This document shows positions 13,364 through 28,057 of a stretch of 64,000 nucleotides of DNA, piece after piece. The notes under the pieces are model-generated. The model was not told the DNA's origin, made no database searches, and saw only the letters and a list, made by a program, of their open reading frames with translations. A program made the translations under genes and the position numbers. Positions within the stretch are counted from its first letter, which is position 1; every line of letters begins with the position of its first letter. This DNA comes from Narcine bancroftii (Eukaryota). The stretch is taken from positions 28,892,001-28,956,000 of the forward strand of contig NC_091475.1 in the NCBI RefSeq assembly GCF_036971445.1. Reading direction: 5' to 3'.

Positions 13364-14797
13364 TCAAAATGTATACCATCAAAGGCTTTAAAATGAGAAA
13401 GATAAAAGTGAATTAGATAAACATATCAAATTATTTATACACAAAAGTTCTTTGCTATATTGCTCTCCACTATCCACTTTTTGTTGAAACAAAGAAAGCA
13501 AATAATATTAGGCTTAATGAAACAGCATTTATAAAGTCCCAACTTTGCCTTGCATCTTCACAGTAAATTTTATTCTTTAAGTATCAAGAAATGATACATT
13601 CATTATTTATCTTCCCTTTTGAACATAGTGATAAGTGTGGTCAACTGTAGCAAAGCTACCACCATCTTGACGGAGATTCAATAATTCTGGGCAGATCACC
13701 TGTAACATAGAACTTTCCTGATTGGCATCATGAAGTAATGATATTTCTGCAGTATATCTACCCATAAATAATCAAAGTTTTATCTTTCACAAATTCACGT
13801 TATTCCAAAGAACTTACAGTTTACCGTTTTTATACACTTTGAACACCACAAAGTCCCATATGGAGCAATGGTAATCTTTATGAAGTGATATGTTAATTGG
13901 GTGATAAATACTGCCCGTTAATGCCCTACCTTAAAGAGAGCAAAAAAAAATCTCAACAAAGATTTGCAATGACTAGTTTTAAAACTGGTTTCCTTGTGAG
14001 TTTTCTGAATTGATTTTCCTAAAATTTTCATTTCCTTCGACTATTGCCCTCAACTATTAATGTCTATAAAATTTATAGTGTGACAGAATATGTTGTTTTA
14101 TATTGTATATAAAAATGGTTTTGGGAGTTAAAGTCTGGCAGGTTTTTAGTGTAGGTCACATACAAACACTTCTGAACAGATCTCATTTAAAATACTGGAG
14201 CTCTGCTTAAGCTAGACAGGTCGGCTCTTGCAAAAGCTATGGGTAGTGCCTATAGAGACTTCACTAATGGATTGTTGTTTTGAAAAGCAACAGATGAAAG
14301 AACTTGTCGAAGCCACAAGCTGTCTGAGTACAGTTTGCTGTTCTAGGAGGGTCATGTTGTTTTGCAAGCAGAGAGAGTAAAACAGGCTTTTCTCACAGAG
14401 AAAAAAAATTCAGTTCAGCAGCAGCTGGGACTGGAACAGGACAAGATTGTGAAAAAACCCCATTTTGAAGACGGGTTGTGAGTGCTTAGTTCAGCCTGGT
14501 CAAAGCCCTTGTGATCCATACAAAAGGAGAGGACTGGCTGCCTAATGTTTCACTTGAAATAAGGGAAACAAAAAGGAACTCTGTGGTGACTTGAAAGAAA
14601 GAGGTTATCATCTGGAAAACCCTGATTGGGCAAGTTTCTTCGGCAAGACTCTGATGTGACTGATTAGAATGGATCAGTTTGTGTCCAGCGAACAACAAAT
14701 ATCTCTCTGAAAACTGACAAGAACCTTCCTGAACAGTAACCATTTACCTTTCAAGCACCAAAGCCTGGTGAAATTCATAAATGTTCATTTCTGTAAG

Positions 14798-15475
14798 GTG
14801 CCTGCCACATTGACCACCACCAGTGGGCTGATAACGCCTCAAACCGTGCATCTTGGCGCCTCACAGTTTGGCGGGCAGCAACCTCCTTTGAAGAAGACCG
14901 CAGAGCCCACCTCACTGACAAAAGGCAAAGGAGAAAAAACCCAACATTGTAAGGTAAAAACATAATGAGATGGGACCGGAGAAGGAGTCACCCAGTACTA
15001 AGGAGTAACAGAATGCAGATGTGACCTTGTACACTCAAGATAAGCTTTGCACTAACAAGAATGATGAGCAGCAGACTAACAGAGAAGGGTAGCAACAGTT
15101 TATTCATTGGACAATGTCATGGTATGATAATTTACTAAGTACGTATCCTGAGGTATAAAAAAACACCATTTTGCTGATAACGGCAGAATGCATTCTCCGA
15201 CTAACTTTGTTAGTCGCAAGTGTTACAATCCGGTAATAAAGAACAAAGAACCCTGATTTCGACTCAGTCTGGTGTTTGTCTCACTCATTCATGAACAAAG
15301 CAGACCTAACAACACCCAACCCCAACCAACCAATTTTCCCCTGCAGCCGCTGCAACCGTGTCTGCCTGTCCCGCATCAGACTTGTCAGCCACAAACGAGC
15401 CTGCAGCTGACATGGACTTTTACCCCCTCCATAAATCTTCGTCCGCGAAGCCAAGCCAAAGAAAAGAAAGAAGAA
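14798..15475 (+). mobile_element. 5'-truncated RTE-clade LINE 3' end, interrupted by a solo LTR
   Basis: Rejoined frame reads HIDHHQWADNASNRASWRLTVWRAATSFEEDRRAHLTDKRQRRKNPT/PNPNQPIFPCSRCNRVCLSRIRLVSHKRACS* (C-terminal Zn finger); GAA-type tail. Confidence 0.85.
14948..15311 (+). mobile_element. Small solo LTR (364 bp) inserted in the RTE
   Basis: TGTAAGGT...ACCTAACA termini; TSD acat/acac; TATA (gtataaaa ~15153) and AATAAA (~15235). Confidence 0.8.
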
Positions 15476-17229
15476 TAAGAATTGCCTGCAACCAGTGAAC
15501 ATGGAGAAATGAGAAGTGAGATTGGACTGTAAATCAAAGAACTTTTCTAAACTTAAAATTAGAATGAGGTTATGATAGGTTAAGTTGTTACGAATAACAA
15601 AGTAAAGTTTGATCCTGTTTTCATGTTTAAAGATAATTAAAAGCAACTTTTGTTTAAGTAACCATTTGTCTTGGTGAATATCTATTGCTGCTGGGTTTGG
15701 GGTCCTCTGGGCTCGTAACAATAGTCATGGCAATTATTCTAAAGTATTAGAGTATTAAATCTCAGGCAGCACCAGGTATTATAAGTATGGAATGTGGAAT
15801 TCAAATTTCAATTGTTATGCATCACCAACAGTAAGAAGTGTAGCATTAAACAGGTTCAAGGAGAAAAACAGCAAAGTGATCTTCCTGAAAAATTGACATT
15901 TATTTAGCAAATTAATTAGATATATTAAAAAGAAAAAAATCTTTGATATTAAATTTCATGTGTCTGATAATCAGCGTATCATCTTTTCAATGCAGCTTTC
16001 TGCCAAACATGGAAGAGATGAATGAAACACAAGGGTTGGTAGGGCTTGCATTAATTCTGTGATTCTTTTTCAATTATTTCAGCTTGACCACAAATATTTT
16101 GTCCCTAGTAATACTAAATCTTTTCTGATTTTTTTTGTATCATCACAGGCAACACTCAAGGCATGTTAATTTACAAGTTAGTCTTCAGTCAGAAAGAAAC
16201 AAATAGTAATGAATCATAGAAGTTGATAATGGCTTGCAAATCAACACTGCATCAAATAAGCTATGTTTTATGTCAAATTAAGAAAACAACTTTAAAATTC
16301 AATTTGAATCTATTACTGTGAACCTTTGATAGTTTAAGAAAATCTAACAATCTAGGGTTTTAACCACTTTTAGGATATAGAGTAGAAAGAATTTCCTAAT
16401 GTAACACTGCCACTCATAGCCAAGAGTGAAGCCATAACTTATTCTGCCAAAAGAAATTTAGAAATTCAAAGCAAGTTTAAAATGTACCGTTTGTCAAGTA
16501 CTTTCACTTGGATTGGATTTATGACACAAAGCTACAGTGTGTAGGTAGTGCTGTGTGGGAAGCTCTGGAGGCAGAAGATACGGAATAATGTCAGTTGTTA
16601 CCTTGGAACATTTTATACAAGGGTATTGAAGACCCAGTAAAACCCACATTCCACTATAATTTCCAGTTTGTCTTACCTATCATTTTCTTGGCTTTCAACT
16701 TTGTGAAAAGTGGTCTAAAACTATTTAGGAACAAGGATATTTACCCAAACCAAATGAATTAATCAAAAGATTATATACTTGGGGCCAAGACAGGAATCCA
16801 ATGGAACTTGGAGATGAGGTCAGAACATCTAATTTTCAATAGCTTTTGACAAGACAAGGCCAAATTAAAGATATAGCAAAGAAATATAATGTGTGCACAA
16901 ATTGTACAATTTAGGACAAAGCCTACACAAATGCTAGAATAGGACATTCGAGAGAAGAAATCTAGAAACTCATCACAAGTAGAGGCTCAAATGAATTAAC
17001 ACATGGCCAAGTCAGCAATTGTGCTGCCATGATACTCCTCGAAAAAACTTTGACAGCTCAAATAAAACACTGTGCCCAGCCCTGATATCCATTAAAGTAG
17101 TCAAGATTTTTCAATGCAGGGGAATCTTACTGGTTTGGAGTATGGTTTGTCTTGTGGCAGAATATAGTCCTAGGGGTTTCGATTTAAAAAGCATTTCCCA
17201 AGGCTCTTGCCCTGCTTCCTGTAACAATT

Positions 17230-18375
17230 CAGTCCAAACTTACATTTTCTCCAATATTATCACAACTGTTCTAGTAGCCCCACTTTCTGCACCAGTGCTT
17301 CAGACATAATTTTCTTTCTCATTACCCAGGACTCCCCTCTATCATAATGGACTGAGCTCTTAATCACGACTGTTCCATTCCTTGCACATCTGCTCTCATA
17401 CAACTCTCTTCCCACCCAGAACAAGGAGATGGTGGGAGGAGAGTTAAGTGAGAGCAAGCTTTACCATCTAACTTACTGGTTTCCACAATCAACACATTAT
17501 CTGTGAAAATTACCACCATATTCTACAAAAGGCAAATGCCAAACATATCTTCTCTCATTCAAGGAACCATTCCCCATGCAAGTCCTCAGTTCCTTGTTGC
17601 ATCTTCACTGATCATTCCTTTCTCACTGCACTTTCCCACATAACCATACAAGAAGCAACATCTGCCTTTTTGCCTCATCATTTCCCACCAACCAGAGAAT
17701 TAAACAATCCTTCCAGATGAAGCAGTTCAATTTCACTTCCTTTTTCAATGGAGTACAATTCATTACAATGTAGCCTCCCCCGTACTGGAGAAACCAAATG
17801 CAGATTAGACATCAGCAAGGCTCACCCCAAGCTTCCAGGTGCTTGCTGCTCCAAACAAGCTTCCAATCTCATCTCTGTACTTTGGCTTCCTCCACTATTC
17901 CAACAAAGGCCATCTTAATCTCAAGGAATAGCAGCCCCCAAACCACACAACAATCATTGAGGTTCCATATTGAATTTAACAGTTCATGGAATTAATCTAT
18001 AATACTTGTGTCAGAACTGACTTCTGATGCAAGGTCATCCAACTGTAATTTCAGTTTTTTTTTCTCCCAACAGATGCCATGTGACCCACCGAATATTTCC
18101 AGCAAAATCTATATTTTCAGTGTTCCAGCATCATATTTTCAATCTCTTATCACCTTTATTTACATTTCCTCCAGACAGATCAATTGTGGTTATTAACAAG
18201 CATTCACCAACCAATCTTGGATGGCAGTAATAGCATTTGTGTTACCCTATCATGTACATTCCCCATGATCTCCCCCACACATCTCATTTCTCTCTAACTG
18301 AACACAATTGCATCGTGCTTGTTATTTCTGATGAAAGGGCAACCTGAAACTTGAACTTTTCGGCAGATGCTACCT
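17230..18375 (+). mobile_element. Degraded Penelope-like element 3' part (GIY-YIG remnant and terminal repeat with hammerhead-like core at 18328-18350)
   Basis: caatgtagcctcccccgtactggagaaaccaaatgcagatta resembles C.L.YIGETK.RL; ends CTGATGA-AAGGgcaaCCT-GAAAC. Confidence 0.55.
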
Positions 18376-18674
18376 TGCAACAATGATTGTTGTGTGGTTT
18401 GGGGGCTGCTATTCCTTGAGATTAAGATGGCCTTTGTTGGAATAGTGGTGGAAGCCAAAGTACAGAGATGAGATTGGAAGCTTGTTTGGAGCAGCAAGCA
18501 CCTGGAAGCCTGGGGTGAGCCTTGCTGATGTCTAATCTGTATTTGGTTTCTCCAGTATAGGGGAGGCTACATTGTAATGAATTGTACTCCATTGAAAAAG
18601 GAAGTGAAATTGAACTGCTTCATCTGGAAGGATTGTTTAATTCTCTGGTTGGTTGGAAATGATGAGGCAAAAAG
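17666..18674. repeat. 294-bp inverted repeat (arms 17666-17959 and 18381-18674; spacer 421 bp)
   Basis: Arms are reverse complements with about six mismatches by eye; the ORF track shows the same peptide on both strands (17798+, 18294-). Confidence 0.95.
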
Positions 18675-18951
18675 CCAGTAATTAATGTTTTAATTTCACC
18701 ATTATTACTTAGATATTTTATACCAAATTTTATACCATAACTTTTAAGATTTTATTTACTGACCCCATTGCCTGTTGATAGATTCAAATCCTCACAAATT
18801 CAACTGCATTACTTCTGGTGGTCCTTATCGAGCAACATTCTTGTGGCATCATTATTTATGACAATGATAAATTTTATTAAGATTGAAAAGCATCAAATAT
18901 ATACTTTTTTTTAACTATTCAAACAACTTTAAAGAAAAGGCCAAGACTTAC

Positions 18952-19026
18952 TTTTTTTCATCTGACAAATCAATGTTGGTCCCAAATTTAATGGTTTTAA
19001 ATGGACCTCTCCTCTTTTTGCTACCG
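18952..19026 (-). CDS. KDM6A: KDM6A exon ~23: [24 protein letters not shown](K)
   Basis: 75 nt after an 83-nt intron; aacag acceptor, AA/gtaagt donor. Confidence 0.95.
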
Positions 19027-19109
19027 CTGTTCAAAAAGAAAGACCATTGTAAATGTTTTCAAAATACTCATTTTATAATCTTTTGTTATCTTTGAACAAT
19101 AATACTTAC

Positions 19110-19177
19110 TTATCAGAAGAAGTGGATTCACTATCTGATTGGTCTTTATGATGGCTATTCTTTTTCTCATTTTCTTC
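19110..19177 (-). CDS. KDM6A: KDM6A exon ~22: EENEKKNSHHKDQSDSESTSSD(N)
   Basis: 68 nt; ttgcag acceptor, AA/gtaagt donor. Confidence 0.94.
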
Positions 19178-19379
19178 CTGCAAGGAATGCTATATTATAA
19201 AATGACATATGTGCACAATTTGATAATATTTGAACTGCTAATTTTACCCTCACAATCAGGTCATTCTTACTGAACTACAGGATTATGAAAAAATTTCCTT
19301 GCAAAATAAACCTCATTAAAAAGGTTTATAGTGTTTATTCAACTTCACGTACCTAGAATTCTTTAGTTAGATATTGTTA

Positions 19380-20003
<624 letters not shown>

Positions 20004-20489
20004 TCAGCATCATTTTTCTTAAGACTCAAGGGGGAGGATTGGGGCATAAATGCTCCTTTAATTAATTTATACAAATTCAAAGCCTGGGTCCAACTGTACC
20101 CAAATTTCCTTAATTTTAAAACAGAGTTTAAAGCAAATCAGTTGCCATTATTTAATGTGCATTCTTTCCATAGACTGTCAACTGAGATCATCAATTACAT
20201 TTTCAAGGTGGACAATCAAATGCCTATTTCAGAAAATGAATGCATCAGAAACTGTCATATTACAAAAAAAAGTTCCACAAAGATGGTCCCCTTCTTGAGT
20301 CATGAGAGAAAGACTGCATCAGACTTTTAAAACATAACTTCAGCATGGCAGGGCAAAGCAAATTTTATATTGAATGAAAAAGAGTCAGATGCTTGTGACA
20401 TGCAAACATGCAGATGCTGGAATCTGGACAAAATAATTTGCTGGAGGAGCACAGCTGGTTAAGCAGCATCAGTAGGAGAAAGAGAATTA

Positions 20490-21425
20490 CACACAAGTCA
20501 GGGAGAGGACTTTAAGTTCGCGGGACTCAGTGCTTTATCCGACCAATCAAATCACGATTCATTAGCAGGAACAAATAAAAGTAAAGCAGGTACAAGCGGA
20601 GTGGTCATTTCTGGAGCAGCCACTGTTGAGTGACCCAGTTTGGAGTGGACAATTGGAGACTTTGACTTGAGAGGCTTTGGCAAGCAGAGGCTGAGGACAT
20701 GCTACAGGTAAGGTCATGTAAGATAATTCCACCCCCCCGCCCGAATAAACCAGAGTAGATAGTGGAGATGGCAGTTAGGACAGTGACATGCTCCAGTTGC
20801 AGCATGTGGGAAATCTGGGACAGCACAAGTATCCTTGATAACTATACCTGCATGAAGTACGGCCAACTGCATGCAGCTCCTTACAGAACGTGTTCGGGAA
20901 CTGGAGCTGGATGAACTCCAGATCATACGGGAGGCAGATGGAGTGACAGATAGAAGCTACAAGGAGACAGTCACACGCAAGAGGCAGGTAACTGGGTGAC
21001 TGTTAGGTGAGGGAAGGGGAATAAAAAGTCAGCACAAAGCATCCCTATGGTTGTTGCCCTCAACAATGTGTACTGTGATGGGGGAGGGAGACAACCTACC
21101 AGGTACAAGTGGTAGTGGTCAGGTCTCTGAGACCGAGTCTGGCCCTTTAGCTCTGGAAAGGTGGGGGGGGGGGGGGGGAAGAGAAGGGGGGGGAATAAAA
21201 ACAGGAGAGCTATAGTGATTGGGGAATTCAATAGGGGAAAAGGTAGGAGGTTCTGTAAACAAGATCAAGACTCCAGGATGGTATGTTACCTCCTAGGTGC
21301 CAGGTCAGGGATGTCTCGGATTGAATCCACAGCATTCTTAAGCAGGAGGGTGAGCAGCCAGATGTTGTGGCCCACATTGATACCAATGACATGAATAGGA
21401 AAATGGATGTGGTTCTGAAGAGGGG
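20490..21425 (+). mobile_element. CR1 LINE 5' UTR plus ORF1 remnant (Zn finger and SGNH esterase)
   Basis: MAVRTVTCSSCSMWEI...YTCMK, then RRAIVIG....RRFC..DQDSRMVCYL.GAR and V.HI.TND; frameshifted. Confidence 0.75.
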
Positions 21426-22599
21426 CTATAGGAAGCTTCGGACTGGATCCCTTCATCAAGGCCAAGATTGTAGGCAGGAGCTAGCTCAGTGGAGTGGTGA
21501 AGGATGACTGACAGGGGCAGTTGATAAGAAGGTGCCAGATAAAGAGGTAGAGTCACAAGAGAAATAAAGGTGTCAGTGGATGGGTTGGATGAAGGCTGCC
21601 TGTGCTTGAATCTGATAATGTAAAGGTGACCAAAGTGGTTATAAAGAGACTCGATGGAACTAAATTGGGGGTGGGGGTACAGAAGATGGGGAAAGATCAA
21701 GTGAGGGAAATGTGGGTGGAAGAGAAGGAACCAAAGAGGGAAGTTGTGTAGGGGTGGGAGGGGAAGGGAAAGGAAAATGTAATGCTCATTTCATTGGGCT
21801 GTAGCAGAACATGAGATGTTATTCCTCTTGTTTATATTTGGCATCACTGTTTGGTAAATAATCATGTCATTAATACAGACTGAGGATACATTGCCATATT
21901 TAGAGTGACATTCACTTTTTTAGTCCAATGGAATCTTTTGAAGATGACTAGAATTTGCTTAAATATGAATTATATAACTTACATTGTCTACCATTTTCCT
22001 TCTCTGTGCCATTTATGCCCTGTTGGAACCTACCCTTTGAAATAACCTTCAATAAATACTGCTATTTCTTAACTTTGGTACGTTCCTGATGCATGAATCC
22101 TCAAGACTCTTGCTTTCTAATTGAAAGACACTTAGGTATAGTCGAAGTTTCGACTGCCTCTTTGCTGTTAATGGCTTCAAAAGGTCCAATTTGAAAAATA
22201 TCAAGAAAGCTGACAAAATTGTTTCTTCTGTTAGTCAGGCCATAGAATTATATTTGCCACAGATATTAGGACTAAAATTTTTGATTATTGTTCTTTTCTT
22301 TTTGCATATAGCAGGAGATACACATCAAAAGTCAGACTTGGAAAGATCATTTTGCATATCTAAAATATTTCATATCAACCTACAACTGACTTCTTGGTGG
22401 TGAAATTTATTTTGAAAGGTCCAATGCTGCTACATTTGGTGGCCATGTGTTAAATTTCCTTGTTGCATGGGATAGGTTGCAAGATTCAATGAGATGCCAT
22501 CATCAAAAGTGAACTTGTACAGTAGGTACAAGAGAAAGAGAAGCAAAAGAGTCCATTCAGAGAATTCATGTCTGTGGATCCCTCTGATGCCACTGCCTC

Positions 22600-23400
22600 C
22601 ATAGCTGCATGCTCTCTTGTCCAATCCAGTGGTAAGACCAAGCTCCAGACAAGCAAATCACCCTTCTCAGAGTGTTCTCACACTTAGGCACCCGGCATTA
22701 GTCAGTTGCTTCCCCGAAGACAGCAACCCTTTTGGCCATGGACTTTCTGGGTTCCATTCTACTGTCAGTTTAAACTGTACAAGGCCATTAGAATAAACAA
22801 CTATCATTTGGATCCCATGCAGGAATGCTTGAAGACATGTCTGTGCTCCTCCTGGGTCCGCACCAGTTTCAACGCTGACGATAATACCACTACATTAGCG
22901 CTGCCATGGTATAATTACTTAGAAAGAGGAAGCATTGGTGTGCCTTCTTCACAATTTCCTCAATGAGCAGGGTCTAGAAGAGAAGCTCCAACATTTTGAC
23001 TTCCAGGATCTAACCCTCTCCATGACATTCCATCAATGTGGACAGGTGTCTGGTCCCTCAGCCTCCCTTTCGTAAAATCCACAAATGCTCTTTGGAATTA
23101 TTAATGTTGAGAATAATAATGTTATCTGCCAACACCCCACCATATTCTCAATCTCCATTCTGACTCATAATTTTCCATTATTCAGCCAACATCGCTGATG
23201 TGGCCAGCAAATCTATGTGTTTGGAGACGAAGGTGGCTACGCAATGAGTGTGCAGAGAATAGTGGGAGGATTAAGCACGCAGTCTTAAGGTGCCCGTGCT
23301 GATGGTCAGTGCGGAGGTGAAGAAATTGCTAATCCACCCTAAATGGGCTCTGTTGATGAGCAAGTCGAGGATCCAGTACAAGAGGAATGAACAGAGTGAA
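22600..23400 (-). mobile_element. Degraded Rex/Babar-like LINE fragment
   Basis: Reverse strand: accatcagcacgggcaccttaagactgcgtgcttaatcctcccactattctctgcacactcattgcgtagcc (T.ST G.PQGCVL.P.L.SL-like). Confidence 0.55.
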
Positions 23401-23599
23401 ACCAATGTGAAAACAATGGTATTGTGTCAGGTAAGTGACCTGAGAGAACAAAAGTAAAAACAAAGTGATGAAGTACTGAAATGGCAACAATCTTCATGCT
23501 TCTAACTAGAAAGGTTCAGCTCACAAAATCATTTAAATTCTGATAGAGTTTGTCATTTTCATTGTATTATGTACATATGCACCAAAATTTCATCAGGTT

Positions 23600-23812
23600 A
23601 AAAAAAAACACACAACTATTGGAAGAATTCTTTTGGCCAGGCAGCATCTATGGAGGTACAGGGATAGAGGACATTTTGGGTTGAGACCCTGAAATGGTCT
23701 TGATGCATGGTTTCGAATAGAAGTGTCAACCATCCATTTGTCTCCACAGATGCTGCCTCGTCCACAGAGTTCCTCCATCAATTTTTTTTTTGCTGCAGCT
23801 TCCTGTGTCTCT
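23600..23812. repeat. Short palindromic Penelope-end-derived repeat; similar copies near 31050-31220, 32960-33140 and 56760-56930
   Basis: aggcagcatctatggag ... ctccacagatgctgcct inverted arms. Confidence 0.55.
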
Positions 23813-23983
23813 GGTATTGTGATGTCCTCACAAATGAATGGAGTTATTTTAAATTGGTTTTCAGCTTAGTCTTCAATTTGTTGGTAAAATGGTTTGCAAA
23901 TGCTTTTTAAGAAATCTGCAGAGCAATTAATAGCTCAAGAACCAATGTTGAAAAGAGTAATGATGTTAAAATTAGGATTACTA

Positions 23984-24157
<174 letters not shown>

Positions 24158-24422
24158 TTAAGCTTCACATTGTATCTATAGTTATATGTACAAACTGGAA
24201 TCATTGATTTACAATGGTTTTGGATACCTTTAATAACCAGGGGAAATAGATAATCTGCAACTTTAATATTGCACTTCATTTGCAACAGTCAAGTTGATAC
24301 AGTAAATGTTGAAATAACATTGTATAGAACTAGGTTCACTGTAATGTTAGCACAAGTTTCATTTGTCAATTAACAGGAATACATTTTTCAAAAACTGATC
24401 AGTTAAACTTGGTTCTACTTAC

Positions 24423-24552
24423 ATAAATACTAGGTGTAGGAGGATTTAGCTTGTCCTTTGGCAGTGGTGGATAGGGTGGTGGTAGTGGTCGAGGAGGTGG
24501 ACACTTGTCGAGTAAAATACTACTATTAGATAAACCATTTCTCCCCAGATTT
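24423..24552 (-). CDS. KDM6A: KDM6A exon ~19: [43 protein letters not shown]
   Basis: 130 nt; tttcag acceptor, TAT/gtaagt donor. Confidence 0.96.
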
Positions 24553-26189
24553 CTGAAAAATATGTAATATTTTTGTCACATTCCATTTACACCAGGCACA
24601 CAAAACTGGATGTAAAATCTGGTGCTATAAATAAATCAGTCACAAGGCTTTTGCTCAACTGATGTGATGTTGACCAACATCAGAACAAAAATGATAAATT
24701 ACAAATGGAAACCTTGATCAATCTTTCCACTGACAACAGCAGATTTAACATTTTTGTTCATGTACAGAGTCCATGTTTAATTAACATACAAAAACAGTCT
24801 CAACAGGATAGAACAGAACAAAATCTAAAAATTGCAACAAAACAAAAATAAATCACATTCCAAAGCTGTTCAAGAGCAACTTAAAAGATCATAGCTTAAC
24901 AGGGTAATTATTACTGAAATATTTCAAATACTCAGAAGGCAACCAAGTGCTGCAAAGATTTTTAATCAACAGAACCAAAATCAACTCATCCCAAACTGAT
25001 TAGAAGACAATTATTCCAAAGCAACAAAAATTTGAATTAGTATCACTTCCAAGCAGATATGAATACACAGATTATGAGTCTTACTTAATGCCGTTGATAT
25101 TCTCATACAGAAAATCACATGTATGCCAACAAAAGAAATGAAGAATTCCATGCTAATATACTCAATTAAAATGAGAACTGGAAAATTGTTGGGACAGAAT
25201 TCTGAGCTCAAATGTGCCAGTAATCATGTTAGGCTAGAACTTTTAATGCTTGATAACAACCATTTAGACATGTAATGTTAAAGTTCTCATTCTTCAACAA
25301 AAATATATCCAATCTTGACGAATACAGAAATTCAGATTTTAGTTGCAAATAGTGAAATGTAAGACATCTTGATTTAGGAAGACTTCACAATAAACAAATC
25401 TTGCAAAATGTAAGTTGTTAAATTTTCCTTCATAATTGATAATATGATTAAAATCAGTTTATTTGATTATTGCATATACTGTATTATTACCATCATTATT
25501 CAAGACCTCACCTCACTGTTCTCCAACCTCTAGCTCAACAGCATCTTTCCAGTAGCGTGGTGACCAGATCAGTTATGTGATATAGAACACTCACAATAAA
25601 GATTTCCTAAAGTTTTTGAAAGAGTTCTACATAGTTTAGAGCCACTATCGTTCAACAAACCCTTTCAAAACACTTTGCATTTAAAATAAAAAAAAAAATG
25701 GCTGCTCATTAACTCAGCCCTTGAAAACAATTACATTCTTAGAAATCCTATAATGCATCAGGAAAAAAAAGTCCATGGCAAGATTTCAGAAATCTGAGGA
25801 CTTTCAAGTGGTCAACTGTAGAGTAATCACAACAGCACTAAGTTATGAGGCAGGAAAAAAACCAAACCCAAAAGCTTAATCTGGTATGCAAACGTCTTCT
25901 ACTTGTTCAAGCAAGCCACCAAATATTCCCCAGATGGGGAAAAAATAAAATAATGCAATATAATCAACATGATCAAAGGAGTTTGATTAAATAAGAATCA
26001 TTTATTTCAACACAAGATGAAAAGCAAAACCATTAAATAACTGAAAAGCCTCATGTAAATGGGCCAATGACTCCCAGAATGTTGCCCATGAAGAAACAAA
26101 TTTTAAAAGCAATATATTTTTCTGATGGGATCATTTCTTGAAAGGACATACAAATAAATTAAAATGCTTGTAAATTATATAAATGGATA

Positions 26190-26400
26190 GCATAATTGGC
26201 AGAGCGGTAAGCGCAACTCCATCACAGTGCCAGTTACACAGGTTTGAAACTATCTATTAGGAGTTTGTACGTTGGCCCCATGACCGTGTAGGTTTCCTCT
26301 CTAGTTTCTTCCCAAGTTCCAAAGACATGAGTTAGTAGGTAAATTAGTCAGATGGTTGTAATTAGGTAGCATGGGCACATGGGTCAGAAGGGTCTGTTAT
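26190..26400 (+). mobile_element. HE1/V-SINE-like SINE
   Basis: tggcagagcggtaagcgc head; ggagtttgtacgttggccccatgaccgtgtaggtttcctc V-domain. Confidence 0.65.
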
Positions 26401-28057
26401 GTCACATCTCCAAATTTAAAAAATTAAAATATGTGAAAATCAGTGATTACATTTTGTAACTGAAAGAGTGACACTATATTATATAACTTAGATTTCAATC
26501 GTTTCCCAAATTGTATTTGCTGCAAAAGATCACTTCGTTATAAGTTTGTTAAAACCTCTTGTTTTATACTTAAATTTGAAAAGCCATTACCCTCTTAAAT
26601 AGCATCCAATTAGGCTTTGAAAAATATTTGCAATTTTGAAGGTAAAGTGTGATGTGAACTAAATTAAAGATCCACCATTGGCGATCACACTGAAAACTTA
26701 TTAGCAACAAAAGTCGTGATGAAATTGGAATTTTCTCATTATGTTATCACTCAAATTTTGAACAGTGTAAATTCTTAATTATGTGTAAGTTATTGTCTTT
26801 CATTAGGCAGTATTTTTACTGTTAACTTCACAGATTCATACAGGACAGAAACAGACCCTTCAGTCCAACTTATCCAAGCCAAACAAAAAGTCTACATATA
26901 ATAATCTACCACCTCATTGCATGTACATGACTCTGTGTGGAAAATTTACCCCCTTACATTCCCTTTAAATCTTTCCCCTCTCGCCGTAAATCTGTATTTT
27001 CGCATTTTGGGAAAAAAGTTTATTTAAAAATCTAATTTATAAACGATTTTAACCTTTTTCTAATCAGGAAACCATAGCCTCTAATTCTAAGGCATCTCAT
27101 ATAATTCAGGATCTTCTTAAATTTAAGTGTAATATTTTCAAATGTACAAAATTTAGTTAAGAGATTCCAAGAGTTTGAAAGTCTAAAATCTGCAGGAAAA
27201 GCTCCAAAATCACTATTGCAGTAGCACTTCAAAAAATTGTTTTTTTAAAGACTTACCATTTTAATAGATGCTATGAAGTGATAGCAATGAAAGTTGCAGA
27301 TCAAAATACTTTACATATATTTGTTTTAAAATATTGATCCTTTAACACTAATTAAAGGCAAATATTTTTTTCTTCCATTCATCTTTGATTACAATATATT
27401 TTGATTGTTATATTAGACTGCCTTAATATACAGACCAACAAGGAAGCAGCTCTTCTAATTTATAAAATTTTGAGACTGGTAAATTCTCAAGTAAACAGAC
27501 ATGAAAATATAAACATTTCAAGAAAGCATCATAAAATAAACAATGTTGCAGATACTTATGTTCTATTAGAATTTTAGTGCATACAAAAATCATGAAGATT
27601 CATAGCTAGGTTGCCCAAATTGAATACAATTCTACATTTTTTTCAAGAATCCCAGCACCAAAATTATTTAGTGCATCAAACTTTACTCAGTCGAGAGATT
27701 TTGAAACAGAAAAAATGACAACTTAAAAGAGAAAGTTAGAGAATCAACAATGGAATAAAGATATAGATTTGAGATATTTAAGCAGAAGGATGAAGAATTG
27801 GGTGTGAAAAAAACAAGTGATTTTTGGCTAACAATTTTGAGAAAAAGCAAATTTGTAAAATAGGCCACCATGTTTTCTAGCCCTCACAGTTGATTTAATT
27901 TGAACATTTCCAGTTGCACGCATTTATTATAAAATATATTTTTTGACTAATTGAATACCTTTTTTGACATCTACAAATTCATCAGTATCACAGTAACATC
28001 TTTTATTTCTTTTCAGAATTTTGGATTAAAAATAACTTCTAAGTAAAACAAAATTAC

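Larger units (their letters stand above)
14079..15720 (+). mobile_element. Solo LTR (Gypsy-like) hosting nested RTE and LTR insertions
   Basis: TGTGAC...GTAACA termini with perfect 4-bp TSD ATAG (14075-78 and 15721-24). Confidence 0.8.
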
